A DNA stretch of 64,000 nucleotides from Octopus sinensis. Its lineage: Eukaryota. The notes beneath the pieces are model-generated. The model saw only the letters and a program-made list of their open reading frames with translations. It did not search any database and was not told where the DNA came from. Positions 11,501 through 25,020 of the stretch are shown here, in pieces. The stretch is taken from assembly GCF_006345805.1 (NCBI RefSeq), contig NC_043007.1:47430001-47494000 (forward strand), read 5' to 3'. Within the stretch, counting starts at the first letter, position 1. Each line of letters starts with the position of its first letter. Both the position numbers and the translations under genes were made by a program.

Positions 11501-12111
11501 ATAAACGGAGATGTTTTTTATATATTTGTTTGTGCTGTATTATTAGTGTCCTTATAATCGACGTCCCCTTCCGAGAAAAATCTGCGGTTTTGTAGCTAAG
11601 TGAGACATTAATAATAGGTATTATTCAAATCACAAGAGCAGGCTTCGTAAACCAGTAGACACAATGTTTCACAACACATAGTTAAATCCCTTAAAATTCT
11701 GAGTTCAGAATCTACCAAATTTTACATTCACCCTTCTAGATTGCATGAATAACTTATCAAGAGAGGTTGATTAAACAGGTCTCCACCGCAAACAAATCTG
11801 CCACTTGGTGTCCATGTTTAGCATCAATATCATTGTTGGACATGCTACACCACTTTCTCACGAACTCTTCTCAAGTTCCAGTTGTGGAATAAAATCTACA
11901 CTGTCTTGTAGTTGTTCGTGTGGATTTACCATACAGTCATATATATATACAGTTTAACTGTCCCTTCCTTCCAAGCTTAGCAAAAATCGACTAACAGAAC
12001 ATCAATGCAAAACAAACATGCACTACGTAACAGTACAACTTCACTCGAAGCCTGAACTCCAACGGGCCTGTACCACAGAGAACGTTTCCGGTTATTTTGG
12101 AATACCTCCTA

Positions 12112-12147
<36 letters not shown>

Positions 12148-12420
12148 TGAGAAAAGGAGTACAGTCAGAATTTTGGTTAAGTGTTTATTAGCGCTTTCGT
12201 TCGTTTATTGAACTCGTCCATACAAAATCAAAATTATAAAATCAGAATGTTTCTTTGTTCAGTTATATGAATCGGATGTTTTGCTTTGTTTCGAAGAGGA
12301 GAAAAACATTTTTGCTCTTTTGGAAAAAGGGGAAAGAGACAAAGAGGAGGGGAAATAGGCACAGAGAGAGAGGTTTCAGGACAATCAAGGAAGAGGAAGT
12401 AAAGTAAAGGATGGGGAAAT

Positions 12421-12508
<88 letters not shown>

Positions 12509-12629
12509 GAAGAAAGAGAGGGAGAGCGGTCACTTTTCAATTTGATGTGGTCAACCCTTCGAAATTTCATTACAAAGCATTTTTCCTTCTTAAAAAGGCG
12601 CATCTCTACTGTAGTGATTGGCCCAAAAT

Positions 12630-13110
12630 ACGTCAAATCTGACTAAACGAGCTGAAAGGCTTCCTGACAAAACAGAAATACCCCTTAGAATTAATAAACA
12701 ATGGAACTAGAGAGCTGATGAAGCTGAGCATCGGACAACTAAGGACACCAAAGGAAAAAATTAATGAACACACGATTCTATTTATCAATACGCACAATCC
12801 TTGGGTAGCTAACATTGTCCCCACTATAAGCTCAAACCTACCAATACTTCTACAAATGTTCAAGAGATGACCCAAAGTTCCGAAGAGCAACAGAGCCACA
12901 TTTAATCAAAACATTCTCTCCAAAATTAAATATTTGAAACAGAAGCAGCGGAACTACCTTTTGTCAAAAGGATTAGAAAGAAAAATAGAGACAATATACT
13001 CGAACACCCCCACCCCAAATGAAACAAACAGTGAACATTACATGGGTAGCTCACACAGACGTTGTGCTCAGCTAATACGTCTAGAGAGAAAAAAACGCAA
13101 ATGAATGCTC
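12630..13110 (+). mobile_element. Penelope-like element fragment (RT thumb/linker)
   Basis: Plus frame LNELKGFLTKQKYPLELINNG...ILFINTHNPWVANIVPTISSNLPIL, resembling the PLE post-RT region. Confidence 0.65.
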
Positions 13111-13356
13111 CAATGAAAACTATATTGCTGTCTAACAATATTCACATACCACGTAAGGTGACATCGGTGTATGCTAGATGGTTTTGGTGTCAGCCCCAAA
13201 ACTTATTTATGGTCATTTTACCACTTTATTACTATTTTTTTAATAGTAATGACGATGCATGCAGAGAAAACATTTATATTACACTGTTGTTGTTTCTGAA
13301 TGTGGCTCCAACGTTGATAACGTGATACTAAATCCTACAAATGATCAGATATATAG

Positions 13357-13389
<33 letters not shown>

Positions 13390-14269
13390 ATATCCGAGTC
13401 TGGAAATTTTGTTTCATGTTGACAGAAGTCATTCGGTGGTTGGTGTCTGATTGTCTGCATATATCTATCTGCTTTCACTTGGAGATACTTTCATAAGTCT
13501 AATTCTTAGGAAAGCATTGGAAACATACACTGTCTTGCTCGATGTAAGTAGCCCTGAACGCAACGAAGGCAATTCTTATACAAAGCGAACGCTCTCCTCA
13601 TTACACATGACAATTAACTCTCACGCAGTACGTTATAAATACGTTCGCTTTCACATATAAAATTATGCAACTAACACAATGTTATTAGACAATGATCTTA
13701 CATTTCAACACAGTTCATAAAGTTTGATTCTTGTGTTCTCAACGCATACACACTTGAAGTTTAAAACTACACAATATACATGAAAAAATAATTTAAATAA
13801 ATAAATAAACTTCATCAACAGCTTTATGTATTTACTAATTTTGTCGTTTATATTACTGCGTCTATTGATTATAAGTTTTATTTGAAAACTTGTTTAAAAT
13901 ACTGGCCAACGAATCAAAAGTTATGACTGACAGTCTATCTATCTATCCATCCATCCATCTGTCTATCTATCCGTTTGCTTATATTTAAAAGGTCAATATT
14001 CTTTTAATGTTAACATTTTATTTGCATTTTCCAGCGACATAAAGATCACGATCACATTTTAAGATGAACTTTAGGGTGAAGAGATAAGAAAATTTATTCC
14101 ATGTGCATACTGTGTGACAATATATACATGCACACACCTGGAAAGGGTGGAAAAGAGAAAGAGAGGAAAGCTTCAAAGCTACACACGCGCGCGCAGGCAG
14201 ACACATATACACACACACGTACGCGCACACACATACACACGGACATACATGCACACAGACAAAGACACA

Positions 14270-15405
14270 CACACACACACACTCAAACACACAGATACAC
14301 AAACCACACACGTATATATATATGCATATATGTATATATGGCATGTATGTATGTATGTATGTATAATATATCAAAATAAGCAACAGGATATCAAATAGTA
14401 ATGCAGTACGACCGTTTCAAGCCGCTTGAAGCGGTTGTACTGCATTGCCACTTGATATGCTGTTCCTTATTTTGATTTAATTCACCTTACTTCAAGCTGT
14501 GCCGATAATATCAGACTGACTTGGTGCTTCAACTTAAGTACCTATTCAACGGAATCTTAATTATTCCTTTATATATATAATATATATATATATATATAAT
14601 ATATATATATATACTATTTTACTCTCTTACTTGTTTCAGTCATTTGACTGCGGTCATGCTGGAGCACCGCATTTTTAGTCGAATAAATCGACACTAGGAC
14701 TTATTCCTTATAAGCCTAGTACTTGTTCTATCCGCCTCTTTGCTGAACCGCTAAGATAAGGGGACGTAAACACACCATCATCAGGTGTCAAGCGATGGTG
14801 GGGGACAAACAGACACACAAGCATACACGCACACACACCACACACACACTCAAACACACAGATACACAAACCACACACGTATATATATATGCATATATGT
14901 ATATATGGCATGTATGTATGTATGTATGTATAATATATCAAAATAAGCAACAGGATATCAAATAGTAATGCAGTACGACCGTTTCAAGCCGCTTGAAGCG
15001 GTTGTACTGCATTGCCACTTGATATGCTGTTCCTTATTTTGATTTAATTCACCTTACTTCAAGCTGTGCCGATAATATCAGACTGACTTGGTGCTTCAAC
15101 TTAAGTACCTTATTCAACGGAATCTTAATTATTCCTTTATATATATATATAATATATATATATATATAATATATATATATACTATTTTACTCTCTTACTT
15201 GTTTCAGTCATTTGACTGCGGTCATGCTGGAGCACCGCATTTTTAGTCGAATAAATCGACACTAGGACTTATTCCTTATAAGCCTAGTACTTGTTCTATC
15301 CGCCTCTTTGCTGAACCGCTAAGATAAGGGGACGTAAACACACCATCATCAGGTGTCAAGCGATGGTGGGGGACAAACAGACACACAAGCATACACGCAC
15401 ACACA
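14270..15405. repeat. Recent tandem duplication with a 567-bp period (hairpin element, (TA)n and SINE A 3' half)
   Basis: actcaaacac at 14281 and 14848; hairpin starts at 14370 and 14937; copies nearly identical. Confidence 0.92.
14370..14476. mobile_element. Imperfect ~107-bp palindrome containing the 3' half of a hammerhead (second copy 14937-15043)
   Basis: atcaaaataag...tttcaag-ccg-cttgaag...cttattttgat; minus strand ggcttGAAAC-ggtc-GTA-ctgc. Confidence 0.7.
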
Positions 15406-15429
15406 CACACACACATATATTATATATAT

Positions 15430-15473
<44 letters not shown>

Positions 15474-15632
15474 ATATACAACGGGCTTCTTTCAGTTTCC
15501 GTCTACCAAATCCACTCACAAGGCTTTGGTCGGCCCGAGGCTCTAGTAGAAGACACTTGCCAAAAGTGTCACGCAATTGGGACTGAACACCTGGTTGGTA
15601 AGCAGCCACACAGTTACCACACAGCTACTAAT
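15181..15632 (-). mobile_element. SINE family A, near full length with internal microsatellite
   Basis: cttgtttcagtcatttgactgcgg ... ttggtcggcccgaggc ... gggactgaac. Confidence 0.88.
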
Positions 15633-15689
15633 GCGATATATACAAAATATCGGTGTTTAGTTCACAAGTGATTTAAACGACTAGGTACG

Positions 15690-16330
15690 TTGATAAGTAC
15701 TGTAATTGATTACCGCGGCTCCAAGGTCATAGCTGAGACGGGAGTTATGCAACCATTATAGATTTCCGATATTGCGGCTATATAATTATTAAAGAGGACA
15801 AGTGTTAAGACAAAACAAATATCTCAAGTCATATACGTTATTATTATTGGAAAAATTCAGTCTTACACCTGTTTCTGGGATATCCTAAAGTATGGGATAT
15901 TCCATCATCGGAGACAAATAAGAAAAATGTGAGGGTGTAGATTAATGAAACGATGACATAGAGTACAGGAGAAAGGGAATAAAGAAATGAAGAAAAAGAA
16001 GAAAAAGGAAGCATAAAAGTTCACAGAGATCTATTTTCCGATAGTTTAGATGTTAGTCCATACGTTCTTAGGTGCAATCCTGTATAAATCTTTGAATGGT
16101 TATAGCCTTAATAGTCTAAATACCTATAGTATAAGCGCAAACGTATCGAAATTTCGTAAGAGAATGGTAGCAGAGGTGGCTATGACGGGATAAAGAGAAG
16201 ACATATAAATAGAAGGAGAGAAAGCTAGGGAAGCAAGGGGGTACAGTTCTCCATTTACGACCACCTACACGCTCATACCCGCATAGCTAAAAATATTTCT
16301 ATAGCCACTGACCTTAGCCATAAAACGGAC
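15690..16330 (-). mobile_element. PLE-type pseudo-LTR/3' region, same family as 59.6-60.2 kb
   Basis: 15790-16330 aligns with 59625-60100; 15690-15785 is the reverse complement of 60110-60210; carries the HHR at 15860-15915. Confidence 0.65.
15860..15915 (-). ncRNA. Type I hammerhead with U4C variant core
   Basis: Minus strand: gtct-CCGATGA-tggaatatcc catacttta ggatatccca-GAAAC-aggt-GTA-agac; stem I gtct/agac; stem II 9 of 10 pairs. Confidence 0.65.
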
Positions 16331-16580
16331 ACAAGCACTTACTACTAGATTTTTACCCAACCCCTACAAACTAGTAGATGAACACTGGTACCTACTATTC
16401 TCATTGAATCCCTTTCATTTTACTTTATTTTGTAAATTTTTACGTTATCTTCCTTTAACTCCTCCCCTCTCCTTATTTACCCACATACACACACACACAC
16501 ACATACATATATATATGTATATATATACATACATATATATATACATACATATATATATATATAATCATATATGTGTGTGT

Positions 16581-16648
<68 letters not shown>

Positions 16649-16956
16649 ATGCTCAGTGTCAGTTCGTGCATTTTTACATTCGAGTTCAAATTCGATTTTA
16701 CCTTTCATCCTTTCGAAGTCAATTATATTGCTAACACTTTGCCAAAACTTGAAACATATATATACGTGTGCGTGTGTATGTGTGTGTGCATGTATGTGTG
16801 TGTTTGTGTGTGTGTGTGTTAGTGTGTGTGTGTGTGTGTTAGTGTGTGTGTGTGTGCGTGTCTGTGTATGTGAAAATAATAAGAGTAGAAAATTTAGAGA
16901 AATATTCTACCGGTGGCCAGCATGGGTAATAAAGTCAATAGCCAACATATTTTTCA

Positions 16957-17133
16957 TATAAATTAATGTCCATTTTTATACACAAAAGAGGTGACCTTAA
17001 CTGGACACCTTACACACTGGAAAGGTCAGTTAAAACCCAAACCACGAATAAGAATAATTTCAAAGGGAATGAAACAAACACATTTCAACTAGGTCACCTC
17101 GCTTTTGCGTATAAAAACGTACATCAATTTATA
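16957..17133. mobile_element. Small MITE-like element with ~42-bp imperfect terminal inverted repeats
   Basis: tataaattaatgtccatttttatacacaaaagaggtgacct pairs with aggtcacctcgcttttgcgtataaaaacgtacatcaatttata; TA flanks. Confidence 0.7.
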
Positions 17134-17139
17134 TATATA

Positions 17140-17197
<58 letters not shown>

Positions 17198-18139
17198 GCA
17201 CTACACCTTTACATACTAAAGGCTAAAAGTTATATAAAAGCTAGAGAGCACTGAAAGATTGATATGATTTTAACCAGAGATCAGCCACTAGAATCAAATA
17301 ATGAAGGCAGTTCTTTCTTAAAGAAATAAACCTAGATGAGTTAATTGAAAGTTCTGCCATTAGTCTTACCTTTGCATCTGGGTTGCATTTTTACTCGCAT
17401 GCATGTGTTTGAAAATTCAACACCACGAACTAATGTAGTGATCGTTAACTGCAATACGATACCGATCTTTGGTTAGAATGATTTAAATCTTCTCACACAT
17501 CTAATACTGTTGTGGGAGAATGGATATCACAATTCTCCTTTCTGTCTTGTATTATGAAGTGATAATTGCTAGGTGAAAAATAAACGGTATACAGTCTACC
17601 ATCTTTTTCAAAGGAAAGACATTAGCCTATTTACGGGTGTAGAATTTAAATTTTACAGACCTGTGTGTATTTAAAATGCTCAATATCATGACCATGTACA
17701 CAGTGAGTTATTTGTGGCTGACTAAATACCAATGAACAAGATTCCTTTATCTCTTTTTACACTATATCAATAACCAATCTCTCTCTCTCTCTCTCTACCT
17801 CTCACTTCCATTGTCTCCCATGCACATTTACACTTTCTTCGTTAAAGACTCCACTGTTGAGATAATTATATTCCATTCGTAGCAATATTGAAGATAGGGA
17901 CATGATAACGGATGCATCTGAGAATACACATTCAAAGCTTGGACAATTGGTTTTAAATATCAATGGATAATGCTGAACTTCAATCGTGCCATTTTCATAA
18001 TATCACTCTCATGTTTATGTCCACATTACCAGTGGCGTTTATTAAATGTGGAATAAATATTCTGTATTCTGTAAAGATAGTCAAAATCTGACTTACCGGT
18101 CGATATAATTTCATGAGTACATTACGTATAAACATATCC

Positions 18140-18530
18140 GCTATCATTTACTCGTTTCAGTCATTATACTTTTGCCCTGCTGGGTCAGACTCGAAGGATT
18201 TTTAGATGAATGAATCGATCTCTGTACTTATTCCTTACATGCTTGGTACTTATTCTATCGGTCTCTTTTGCTGAACTGCTAAGATACAAGGACACAAACG
18301 CTCAACGCCGGTTTCAAGTGATGGTGGGGGACAAACACAGACACAAATTCACACCCATACATATATATAAGCAGACTTCTCTTAGTTTCCGTATACCAAA
18401 TGCACTCACAAGGTTTTGGTCGGCGCGAGGCAATAGTAGACGTCCCTTGCCCAATATGCCACATTGTGGGACTGAACCCAAGGCCAGGTAACTGGGAAGT
18501 TAACTTCTTACCACACAACCACGCTTACGT
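18140..18530 (-). mobile_element. SINE family A
   Basis: ctcgtttcagtcatt ... ggttttggtcggcgcgaggcaatagtag ... gggactgaacc. Confidence 0.8.
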
Positions 18531-18927
18531 ATATATGTATGTATGTATGCATGTATGTATGTATGTATGTAGGTAGGTAGGTAGGTAGGTAGGTAGGTAG
18601 GTAGGTAGGTAGGTAGTAGGTAGGTAGGTAGGTATGTTCGTATGGATGGATGGAAGGATGTATATATATATATATTATATATATATATTGATAAAAAAGG
18701 TCAATATATATATTGAGAAAAAACACTTTCGTTCGTTTCTCGAACTTGTCAGATAGAAATTTGTACAAACACCTTGTTTATTTATATAAAACAGATATTT
18801 GGCGGGGGTGTTTAGAAGAGGAGAACAACGTTTTTGCTTTTGGGTGAGGTTCCATGACAATTGAGATAAAGAGATAGAAAGATAGGTAGGTAGGTAGATT
18901 GATAGATAGATAGATAGATAGATAGAT

Positions 18928-18972
<45 letters not shown>

Positions 18973-19768
18973 GTAGGTAGATAGGTAGGGAGGGAGGGAG
19001 GGAGGGAGGGAAGTAGGTAGGCAGATAGATAGAGAGAGAGAGAGGGGGGAGAGAAGAGAAGAGAATCCCCCTTCCTATTCATCATTCATTTATTTATTTA
19101 GTCATTTACCATTGTATTGAAATGGGATTAAGGATGGTGACATCTTTAAGAAAAAACACAAAGAAAACAGATGTGGTGTGGTCATCACTGAAAGTCTTTT
19201 TGCTTTCTTTCTCTCTTTTTCCTCTTCCACCTTTCCTCTTTTCTTCTCTTTTTATTCTCTTTGAGTTAGATTTAGAATACAAAATGTACTGTCACTGCTT
19301 TTCTTTAAAACATTCAATTTTGGATATAATTTTTTGATGAAATGTATAATTTAAGGTCTATACCGTTTTTACTTTTACGTTTTACATTTTCCAATCTTCC
19401 ACGTTTTGTATATGCTTCGTTCTCAACTTTTCGCGTTTCTTCTGTCATTCAATTTTTAGTTCGTTGCATATGGTTTGTACTTGATGTATATATTTGTGGT
19501 ATTTCTCAACATATGAAACTATTAGTAGCACATAAAAGCATGTATTTTTCTTAAATAATATTTATCGCTCATTTTGTTGATCTTACCATCACGGAACAGT
19601 ACACATATATATATTTGTATATATACATGTCTATATATATATATATATATATAATATATTATATATATATATTATATATATATAATATATATATATATAT
19701 AGTACGTTTAAATATTTGTTGTGCAAATATTGGCTAAACTGGCAAAATGACCATTCCGAAATATAACA

Positions 19769-19829
<61 letters not shown>

Positions 19830-20024
19830 GTGTTTGTATACATGCGTATATGTGTAGGTGATGACACTCTAAATTTAAAAAATGTTCTTCATTTAACTCA
19901 CATTGTCTTAAAGTTAGTAAAACTAAGTACACACTCAATATTAGAGACATGTTTACATATTTATGTGTATGTATGCATGTATAAATGTATGTATGTATGT
20001 ATGCATTCTGTATGTACATACATT

Positions 20025-21261
20025 CGAGTGTCAGCTGAAAAGTTCATAGGCTAACCAATATACTCTAATTGAATGTAACCAAATCAGGTGTATTTTTCAC
20101 TAAGTCCCTCTTGCTGTCAACACATTCTTCCATCGGTGTTGTAGTGAATGGATCCCATTGGTGAAGAAACTTTCATCCTGTTGCTTAACAAATGTCATCA
20201 ACTGTTGATATGACGTCACCATCACTGCGATACTGATTTCCAGCCAATTATTTTTCTAATTTTGTAGAACACATGATAGATGGAGCCACATCAAGACAGA
20301 AAGGACGTTGATCAACCAATTCAAAGCCACAGTCACGCACAGTAGCTATTGAAAGCAAGGAGTTGTATGCTGGATCATTGTCCTGATCAAACAAGACTCT
20401 TTTTGTCAGCTTTTTTGGGGTGTTTTGATAGATTTTCCGAACTATCTCAACAAGTTGGCATAGCACTCTTCAGTGAAGGTGTGGCCTTTTTTGATGATAG
20501 TCAATAAACACTATGCTTTTTGCATCCTAAAAGACTGCAGTCACCACTTTGACTGCAGAAGAAACGACCTTAGCTCTTCTTGGAGGAGGTGAAGTGGAGT
20601 GTTTCCACCGCATGAATTGTTTCTTTTCCTCTGGCTCAAAGAGATGAACTAGATCTGCTTTAAACAATGTCAGATTTCCCCGTGGTGTGATCAGCCGGGT
20701 ATGCTTTTGATTAAGCAACTGAAGACATGATACCCACCGATCAGAAACCTTGGTCAGACCATGTTCATTGTGCAGAATATTGTCAACTCTCTCACAGGAT
20801 ATTCTAATAGCATTGGCTATATGATTTATAGTCAAAAGCCTGTCATCCATCAGCATATAGCAATGCGATCACTGTTTTCCTTGATGGTAGCAGTTGCAGG
20901 ACGTCCAAACCTTGGGTCATCTTCAAGGCTTGCCATTTTCCTCCTAAATTCAGCTGCCAACTTTGAACTGCTGATAAAGCTGGAGCTTCACCCCTAATAT
21001 AGCAACAATGCCAGCATGAATGTCCTTGGGGCCTAAACCACTTTTCTGTAGGTACTCGATAACATCACGATGCCAAATCTTGGTCATTTTCAAGAGACGT
21101 CGCTCCTAGTTCGTTTTGAAATCTAGTTTGAACAGTCATCTGACTGTTCAAAAGAAACAATGCAGTTATTATTAAGAAGTGTTGAAATTAATGCATGCAT
21201 GCATGATTTCCCAGCTCTCGTATTATTCCGTCATAGCTAACCTATGAACTTTTCAGCCCAC
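20025..21261 (-). mobile_element. Decayed near-full-length mariner transposon (irritans/Himar-like motifs)
   Basis: TIRs cgagtgtcagctgaaaagttcatagg and cctatgaacttttcagcccac; transposase remnants KVSDRWV, HLFEPEEKKQFMRWKHSTSPPPRRAKVVSSAVKV, DQDNDPAY, FCLDVAPS. Confidence 0.9.
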
Positions 21262-21266
21262 TATAT

Positions 21267-21674
21267 ATATGTTTCATAGCCAACGGAACCTCAGAAGTGG
21301 TAAATATCCAGGTGAAGTGTATACTGCAGACTACTCTTCAGGTTATCCTTCCTTGGCCTGGAGAGTAGCCTGCGGTATACACCTCGCCTGGATATTTACC
21401 ACTTCTGAGGTTCCGCTGGCTATGAAACATATGTAGCTCGGAACTTATCTACTACATTCCATAACTTTCGTATTCTTATTCGCATACCCGGCCACCCTGG
21501 TCGCCTACTGTGAAATATAAAAAGACTTTTTTTCAGTTTATCGTACTTCGATGCGAAGACAATTCACTACCTTCCGTCTCAATCAACAGCGATTGTCCCT
21601 GAAAGTTGTTTTTTAATATTTACTCTAATTTGCTTGAAGCTAACTTTCTTCCTGCACCTCAATCCCTCAATCTT

Positions 21675-21685
<11 letters not shown>
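21267..21685. mobile_element. Hammerhead-bearing element with a 76-bp-arm hairpin; same family as 61.37-61.66 kb
   Basis: Arms 21267-21342 and 21357-21432 (6 transitions, 14-nt loop); plus strand ccttggc-CTGGAGA-gtagc...gctat-GAAAC-atat-GTA-gctcgg; left arm on minus keeps CTGAAGA; tail aagttgtt...gctaactttcttcct ends in (TA)n. Confidence 0.8.
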
Positions 21686-21755
<70 letters not shown>

Positions 21756-21889
21756 ATGTGATAGATTCTCTTATCATGAACGATAAATAAAAGTTCAGAA
21801 AAATAAAGCGATAATCATATTCTATGGACACGAATGTGTCTCTTGAGGCCTGCCGATACCTTGCAAAACTTTTGGCAAATGGAACAAAT

Positions 21890-22215
21890 TAAGGACTCAG
21901 TTTGCTCGAGTGCTTGAGGAGCATTTACCATGTGTGTTCATGAGGGGACGGCAAGGCTTGCTTTGCTTCGTGTCACAAAACCACAATGGCAGCATTTTGC
22001 CAGCGTGCCTTCATCCTTGCACGAATTTGGTCGCGATGCTGGAGTCGACTTTGCTCAAAACTTTGAACAGAGGAGAAGCCGGAATGGCGCCAGGTCCTGC
22101 ATTCTGATGCTTTGTTTGCCCAGGAAGAAAAGAGAATGTTGCATCGCCTCATATTGTCTTTTAGTTTGTCTTTGAAGCGCAGAGTGGCTTTCCAACTGAC
22201 CTGCCTGTTGAGAAT
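21890..22215 (-). mobile_element. RTE-clade LINE 3' fragment
   Basis: Minus translation LRFKDKLKDNMRRCNI...WANKASECRTWRH...VQSFEQSRLQHRDQIRARMKAR. Confidence 0.8.
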
Positions 22216-22486
22216 TTGGCATATGTGTGTGTGTTTCTGTGCGTGTGTATTTCTGTGTGTACACGCTCAGACTAAATTAGACGATTTTTATGGCTCCCTT
22301 TTCTTAGAACACCTTACTGTATTGGTGAACAGTAAACGGCTTGGGCGAGCATAAATATTAATGTTGATGAGAAAAGGTTAGCTGACATGGAGGACTAGAA
22401 ACCAGCTAAATGCTGAGAGGCTGAGTGTAGTGGGTTGAAATTTTGAATAAATTTTCTTTCTGTAAAAGAAGCTGAATATTTATATA

Positions 22487-22529
22487 CCATTCGATGATGG
22501 CTTAACTAGCCGAAACTTCGAAGTCACTG
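22487..22529 (+). ncRNA. Degenerate hammerhead in a probable PLE pseudo-LTR
   Basis: TCGATGA-t-ggct taact agcc-GAAAC-ttcgaa-GTC; stem III ACTTCGAAGT is a perfect 10-bp palindrome; stem I is poor. Confidence 0.55.
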
Positions 22530-22691
22530 CCAATACTATTCTTGTTAAAGAATAATAAAAGTGTACTCTACCAAATGCATCGAGTGATCCTTCGGTGTAT
22601 TATAAAATTGTCTTTATTACAACACAAAACAAACATTAAGACAGACAGACAGAAAGACAGACAGACAGACAGACAGACAAATAGATAGATG

Positions 22692-22873
<182 letters not shown>

Positions 22874-23605
22874 TGCAGAGAGATAGTATTAAATAGCTGG
22901 ACAACACTAAAATATGTATGTTAGTGTGTTTGTGTGTCTGTATGCATGTCTGCCTCTATGTCTGACCTTGTGTTTATTTTGATATATCCAAGTGTGTACG
23001 TTTGCTTCCAGTACATTTAATCTTTCACTCTGTTGACTAATTATTTCTCTCTGAGTTTTAACAGAGCAGGAAGTGCAAGAATAGAGCAGCATTACGATGA
23101 AATACAGACAAACAATGTAGCCTCATTAGCTATGAATGATCATTTGTTGCAAACAACATTGGCTTGACAGAAGAGACATTTTCAAATCGAAAACTCTACT
23201 ATAAAACAAAAATATTCTTTTCCATTTTTCTAATGATAAAAAGACCTCACTTCTAATCTGAAAGATTGGTTTTAAACATTTCGCGTATTTTTCGAAATTA
23301 CTTCTTTAACAATTCTAGGGGGTTGTTCAACTACAATTTGTGTCCAATTAGTGTATGTGCCATTGAATTCTAATAGGAATAGAGTTGTATTTGTAAGATT
23401 ATATTAAAAAATAACTAACACCACTTAATGGTAAAGTTGAATTAATACAGTGCCGGGTTAATATATTAATAGGGTTTGCTATCCCGATTTCATTAGCTGT
23501 ATGGTGATGTAATTACGTCCCCGAAGTATATGGGCCAGTGAGTAATTTAGGTAACTTGTGGTTGGAAGATGAAAGAAACTCTTCGTTAAAATTACGATGC
23601 GGAAC

Positions 23606-23825
23606 AAGGCGGTGAGGTGACTAGATTGTTACCGCGCCGGATGATAATTCTCAGCGACATTTCGCCCGTCTTTGCGCTCTGAGTTCAAACTCTACCCTGG
23701 TCGACATTTTGCCTTTCATCCTTTCGGGTTCGATAAAATAAGTACCAGTTGAGCACTGGAATCGATGTAATCGACTTAGCCTCTCCTCCGAAATTACTTG
23801 CTATATGCCAAAATTTGAAATCATC
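23606..23825 (+). mobile_element. SINE family B
   Basis: aaggcggtgaggtg...ctgagttcaaac...tttgcctttcatcctttcggg...tcgatgtaatcgactt...gccaaaatttgaaa; many copies in the window. Confidence 0.8.
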
Positions 23826-24059
23826 ATGACTATGCGGAGCAAACTACAGAACCAGAGAATATGAAATAAAGTGTGAATTGAAATGTATTAATTGACTTTT
23901 TAACTAGAAACACGAAATTGAAACAGTAACCAGCATGACCCACAACTACTTTCCCCATTATTGGATTCTCTTTGAGATTTGGATAATTTGAGAATTAATA
24001 CAAAGAATATGCAAGATTCTGTACATACATACATATACACACACACACACACACATATA

Positions 24060-24103
<44 letters not shown>

Positions 24104-25020
24104 ATATATAAGGCATTATTGTTCCTCGAAAAGCATGGAGGTCAATTCTTCCTCTGTAGGATATTCTTTAAATATATGGCATTTAGAAAAGAAAAACAGC
24201 CAACGTTTTTCTTTTCTATTTTCTTTTTTTGCTTTTTTGTTTTTTGGTGGGGGAGATGATATAGTCAATATGAACTCTCATATGTTTGGGTAGTCCTTTA
24301 TTTTATCCCTCTGAGAGAGCTAAAATGGAGTAAACCTCGACGAGATTTGAGCTCAAAAGAATATCAAGAGTCAAGCTTTGAATTTATATGAGAAACAATT
24401 ATAAATTTATGAGAAGAGAGGAAGCGCAAACCACCTTTAACATACTCCGAAACTTCTTGTATTTATACGTTTTGCGTCTGGCTTAAACATCAATAAGGTG
24501 TGAACATCATGAGAATAGCTTGAACGTTACAACATTCAATTTTTTACCTCCTAAAATCCATCTTATTTATGACCAGTACAAAACCAATATGCAAACATTT
24601 GTCTTTCAGATCGTTCGGATAATCACTACTTCCTATTTTCCGTCCTTAAAAACACATGAAACTAATATCTAAGAAGATGTGTCCTAGAAAGAAAGTTACT
24701 TGCCATTTTGAAGAACATTAGTGACATAATTGAAGTTACATCGATATTCAGCTGGAATCCAAAGCAGCTTCTGCTACTCATTTCTTAACAATATGGCTGG
24801 AATCAGTTGTAGCTGAATAAAATATGGCGGTGGATATACAAGAGTATGCTTCATTTAGTGTGTTTGTAATGTTGCTCATAACAAATGTTATTGAGACAAT
24901 TTGCAATCAGAACTAGAGTTTGAGAGCGATAATATTAACGAAGAGAGAATACCGAAGATTACTGAACAGATCCCAAATATTACAAAATGATTTGATATCT
25001 CTTCTCAACAGTTGGGTTAC

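Noticed and set aside
21267-21432. All six arm mismatches are transitions, suggesting an RNA-editing footprint fixed in DNA
   Set aside because: Comparison with the 61.6-kb copy shows derived states on both arms, two of them at CpG sites; ordinary mutation explains the pattern.
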